Shown here: piece after piece, positions 60,419-64,000 of the stretch
Position numbering within the stretch: the first letter of the stretch is position 1
Layout: each line of letters starts with the position of its first letter
Assembly (NCBI GenBank): GCA_963718615.1
Contig: OY970368.1
Span: 5,472,001-5,536,000 of the forward strand
DNA: 64,000 bases
DNA from: an uncultured cyanobacterium
GTDB taxonomy: Bacteria > Cyanobacteriota > Cyanobacteriia > PCC-9006 > JAAUQQ01
Direction of reading: 5' to 3'
Translations under genes and position numbers: made by a program
The notes under the pieces: model-generated
Database searches by the model: none
Seen by the model: the letters and a program-made list of their open reading frames with translations, nothing else
What the model was told of the DNA's origin: nothing

Positions 60419-61380
60419 GCGCAGAAGTCCCGCCGAAGTTGTTCTCCATCTAAGTCACGACCGATAAACACCAATTCATTCTTGCGCGTTTCGTTAGACT
60501 TCCAGGGGCGATCGGGTTGTCCATCGAAGAGCATATGTACCCCTTGAAACACAAAGCGTTGATCCTCTCCGGCAATATTCAAAATGCCCTTCATCCGAAA
60601 GATGTTTGTGCCTTGGGTTTGTAGCAAATGGCTCAGCCAATCATTCAACTTCACGCCATCCAATTCTCCTGCTTCCACGATAGCTACAGACCCCACCGAA
60701 TCATCATGCTCATGGGCATGTTCTTCCTCTAAAAACTCAGGCTCAATTTCCAAGGCTCGGTTGAGATCAAAGGCTTTGACTCCTAAGATTGCATCCATTT
60801 CAACCGCAGCATCCTGGGTCCGATAAATCTTGGCCATGGCATTCATGGCACGAATTCGCTGCTCTAGGGCAATTAAATCTGCCTCTTCCACGAGATCCGT
60901 TTTATTCAGCAAGATTACATCGGCAAAGGCTAATTGTTCCTGGGCTTCATCGGCTTCCCAATGCTGATGGATATGTTTGGCATCTACTACGGTGACCACA
61001 GCATCCAAGGCGAGTTGGCCTCGCATATCCTCATCAACAAAGAAGGTCTGAATGACAGGAGCTGGGTCTGCCAAGCCGGTCGTCTCAATGACCAGATGAT
61101 CAAACTTGTTTCGACGCTTCATTAAGTTGCCAATAATGCGAATCAAATCCCCTCGCACCGTACAGCAAATACAGCCATTGTTCATTTCAAAGATTTCTTC
61201 ATCGGCATCAATGACCAACTGGTTATCAATGCCGACCTCGCCAAACTCATTGACGATCACCGCAATCTTTTGACCATGCTCATGGGTGAGAATGCGGTTG
61301 AGCAGCGTTGTCTTGCCTGCTCCCAGATAGCCCGTGAGAACCGTGACGGGCACAACGCTTTCTTCGTATGCAATGCTCAT
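60406..61380 (-). CDS. COG0523/CobW-family GTPase metallochaperone
   Basis: TGYLGAGKTT, VNEFGEVGID, NGCICC, ETTGLADP, NKTD, short HAHEH. Confidence 0.95.
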   Translation of the reverse strand: MSIAYEESVVPVTVLTGYLGAGKTTLLNRILTHEHGQKIAVIVNEFGEVGIDNQLVIDADEEIFEMNNGCICCTVRGDLIRIIGNLMKRRNKFDHLVIETTGLADPAPVIQTFFVDEDMRGQLALDAVVTVVDAKHIHQHWEADEAQEQLAFADVILLNKTDLVEEADLIALEQRIRAMNAMAKIYRTQDAAVEMDAILGVKAFDLNRALEIEPEFLEEEHAHEHDDSVGSVAIVEAGELDGVKLNDWLSHLLQTQGTNIFRMKGILNIAGEDQRFVFQGVHMLFDGQPDRPWKSNETRKNELVFIGRDLDGEQLRRDFCACIQ

Positions 61381-61393
61381 AGCCGCCCTGGAT

Positions 61394-61414
61394 TGAAAAT
61401 GATTATCGATATCA
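61394..61414. promoter_or_regulatory. Zur box (degenerate, overlapping pair)
   Basis: TGAAAATGATTATCGATATCA immediately upstream of the COG0523 gene. Confidence 0.7.
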
Positions 61415-61494
61415 AATAATATAGAGCAGGTTAGGGCTGAGGGCTACAAAGAATCATTACGGGGAATCATGGCAGACCCCTAGAGAGAATGGGT

Positions 61495-62559
<1,065 letters not shown>

Positions 62560-62589
62560 AGAGATCCAGAAATGAAAAGGAGAGAAGAA

Positions 62590-63597
62590 TTAGAAATGGC
62601 TAATACAGTTGTTGAGTCGTTGCTGAAGCTCCAATCTATTCAACTGTTTGCCAATAAAAACAAGTTGATTGATAGGTTCACGTTTGAGAGAAATCACATC
62701 GAGGCTAAATCGTTTTCCACTGAGCTGAAAAACGTAGTGGGGCTCTTGCCCTGCAAACCACAGAATTCCCTTAGCTCGATAAACAGTTTCTGGTAGATAA
62801 TCCGTCAGAAACAACTGAAACCGCTGTACGTCCAAGGGATACTGACTCGTGAAGGAGAACGACACAAAGCCGTCTTGATTCAAATGATTGGCGGAAGCCA
62901 AAGCGGGCGAAGGCGAACCCGTGGAGAGATCTTGCGGATCAAGGAGCTCCACCTCAGATCCTCCTAACCCTAGAATGACCGGCAATGGAACCTTTCCCCG
63001 TTCACAGCGAATAATCCTTGCCCCTTCTCGATAGTTATGGCATTGTTGCTCAATGCCTTCTAGCCTTTGTGTATCAACTAAGTCAACCTTGTTGAGCAAT
63101 AAAATATCGCCGTAGGTCAACTGACTCAGGGCAGCTTGACTGTTAAACAGATCAAGGGAGAAGTTTTCTGCATCAATGACCGTCAGAATACTATCAAGAT
63201 GCGTCAAGTCCCTCAGCTCCGATGATAGGAGGGTCAAGGCAATGGGAAGAGGATCCGCAAGACCCGTGGTTTCGATGACCATGTAGTCTACGCGATCGCT
63301 CCGCTCCATTACACTATAGATGGTGTCAACTAAGCTATCATTAATTGTGCAACAAATGCACCCATTGCTCAACTCCATCATATCTTCTTCTAAGGCAACC
63401 AAGAGTTGAGAGTCAATATTAATATCGCCAAATTCATTCACAAGAACGGCTACTTTTAGCGCTTGTCGATTATTCAAAATATGATTGACTAGGGTCGTTT
63501 TTCCACTGCCGAGAAACCCTGTAATAATCGTGATGGGAAGGCCGCATTTGGCTAGATTTAGTTCTAAATCTTGAGCGGCTTTAGTGGCTTGGAACAT
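62590..63597 (-). CDS. COG0523 GTPase without His-rich insert
   Basis: TGFLGSGKTT, NGCICC, ETTGLADP, NKVD. Confidence 0.95.
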   Translation of the reverse strand: MFQATKAAQDLELNLAKCGLPITIITGFLGSGKTTLVNHILNNRQALKVAVLVNEFGDINIDSQLLVALEEDMMELSNGCICCTINDSLVDTIYSVMERSDRVDYMVIETTGLADPLPIALTLLSSELRDLTHLDSILTVIDAENFSLDLFNSQAALSQLTYGDILLLNKVDLVDTQRLEGIEQQCHNYREGARIIRCERGKVPLPVILGLGGSEVELLDPQDLSTGSPSPALASANHLNQDGFVSFSFTSQYPLDVQRFQLFLTDYLPETVYRAKGILWFAGQEPHYVFQLSGKRFSLDVISLKREPINQLVFIGKQLNRLELQQRLNNCISHF

Positions 63598-63658
63598 AGG
63601 ATTTTATGAGATAGTTTTCTCTGTTTTTATGATTTCCAGAAAAATCAAAATCTGTTGG

Positions 63659-64000
63659 CTATAGGGGCAAAATGTGAAGATTTGGAATTGCGATCGCCCC
63701 CAAAAACAGCGCCAGCTGAACGACGACGATACTGGGGCCAGAGGGTAGATTGAAGAGGGCAGAAAGCAGAATGCCGGCGATCGCGCTACTCCCACCTAGC
63801 AGGGATGAAAGCAATACATACTGACTAAACTGACGACTCACTAACCTTGCAGTACAAGCGGGAATCACAACAAAGGCACTGACTAGCAAAACACCGACTG
63901 ATTTAATCGCAACTGCAACCATCAAAGACAACAAAATGACAAAAGCAAGGCGATGTGCATAGACAGAAATTCCTCGAGCCTTCGCTAAAGATTCATTAAG
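63659..64000 (-). CDS. znuB: Metal ABC transporter permease (5' end outside the window)
   Basis: LNESLAKARG, IKSVGVLLVSAFVVIPA, LPSGPSIV. Confidence 0.85.
   Translation of the reverse strand, partial: LNESLAKARGISVYAHRLAFVILLSLMVAVAIKSVGVLLVSAFVVIPACTARLVSRQFSQYVLLSSLLGGSSAIAGILLSALFNLPSGPSIVVVQLALFLGAIAIPNLHILPL

Overview
Cyanobacterial chromosomal DNA: the HIP1 octamer GCGATCGC occurs throughout, with a CcmM-like gene and a PatA/Pix-type chemosensory cluster. In order, the window holds: a pncB-nadD-nrtR-nadE NAD salvage operon with a candidate NrtR operator; an ABC exporter; a sulfotransferase/sulfatase pair between IS5 and IS3 remnants; a chemosensory (Pix/Tax-like) operon with two PatA-type genes, one split at a C7 tract; a decayed AbrB/VapC toxin-antitoxin pair among REP-like palindromes; an EACC1-like plus caspase-FGE gene pair whose 3' end looks like a remote diversity-generating retroelement (DGR) target; an ECF sigma/anti-sigma pair and two RTX proteins; a 3.9-kb cassette (acidic-tail papain-like protease, Trp-repeat microprotein, CASTOR/POLLUX-like channel) bounded by a 39-bp direct repeat; and a ~15-kb zinc-starvation (Zur) cluster. 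That cluster has four Zur boxes, znuA/C/B, hemB, hisI and thrS paralogs, a stand-alone CcmM-type gamma-carbonic anhydrase, three COG0523 GTPases and a Zur paralog that appears to lack its sensory ligands. All calls come from motif recognition by eye; no database searches were run.
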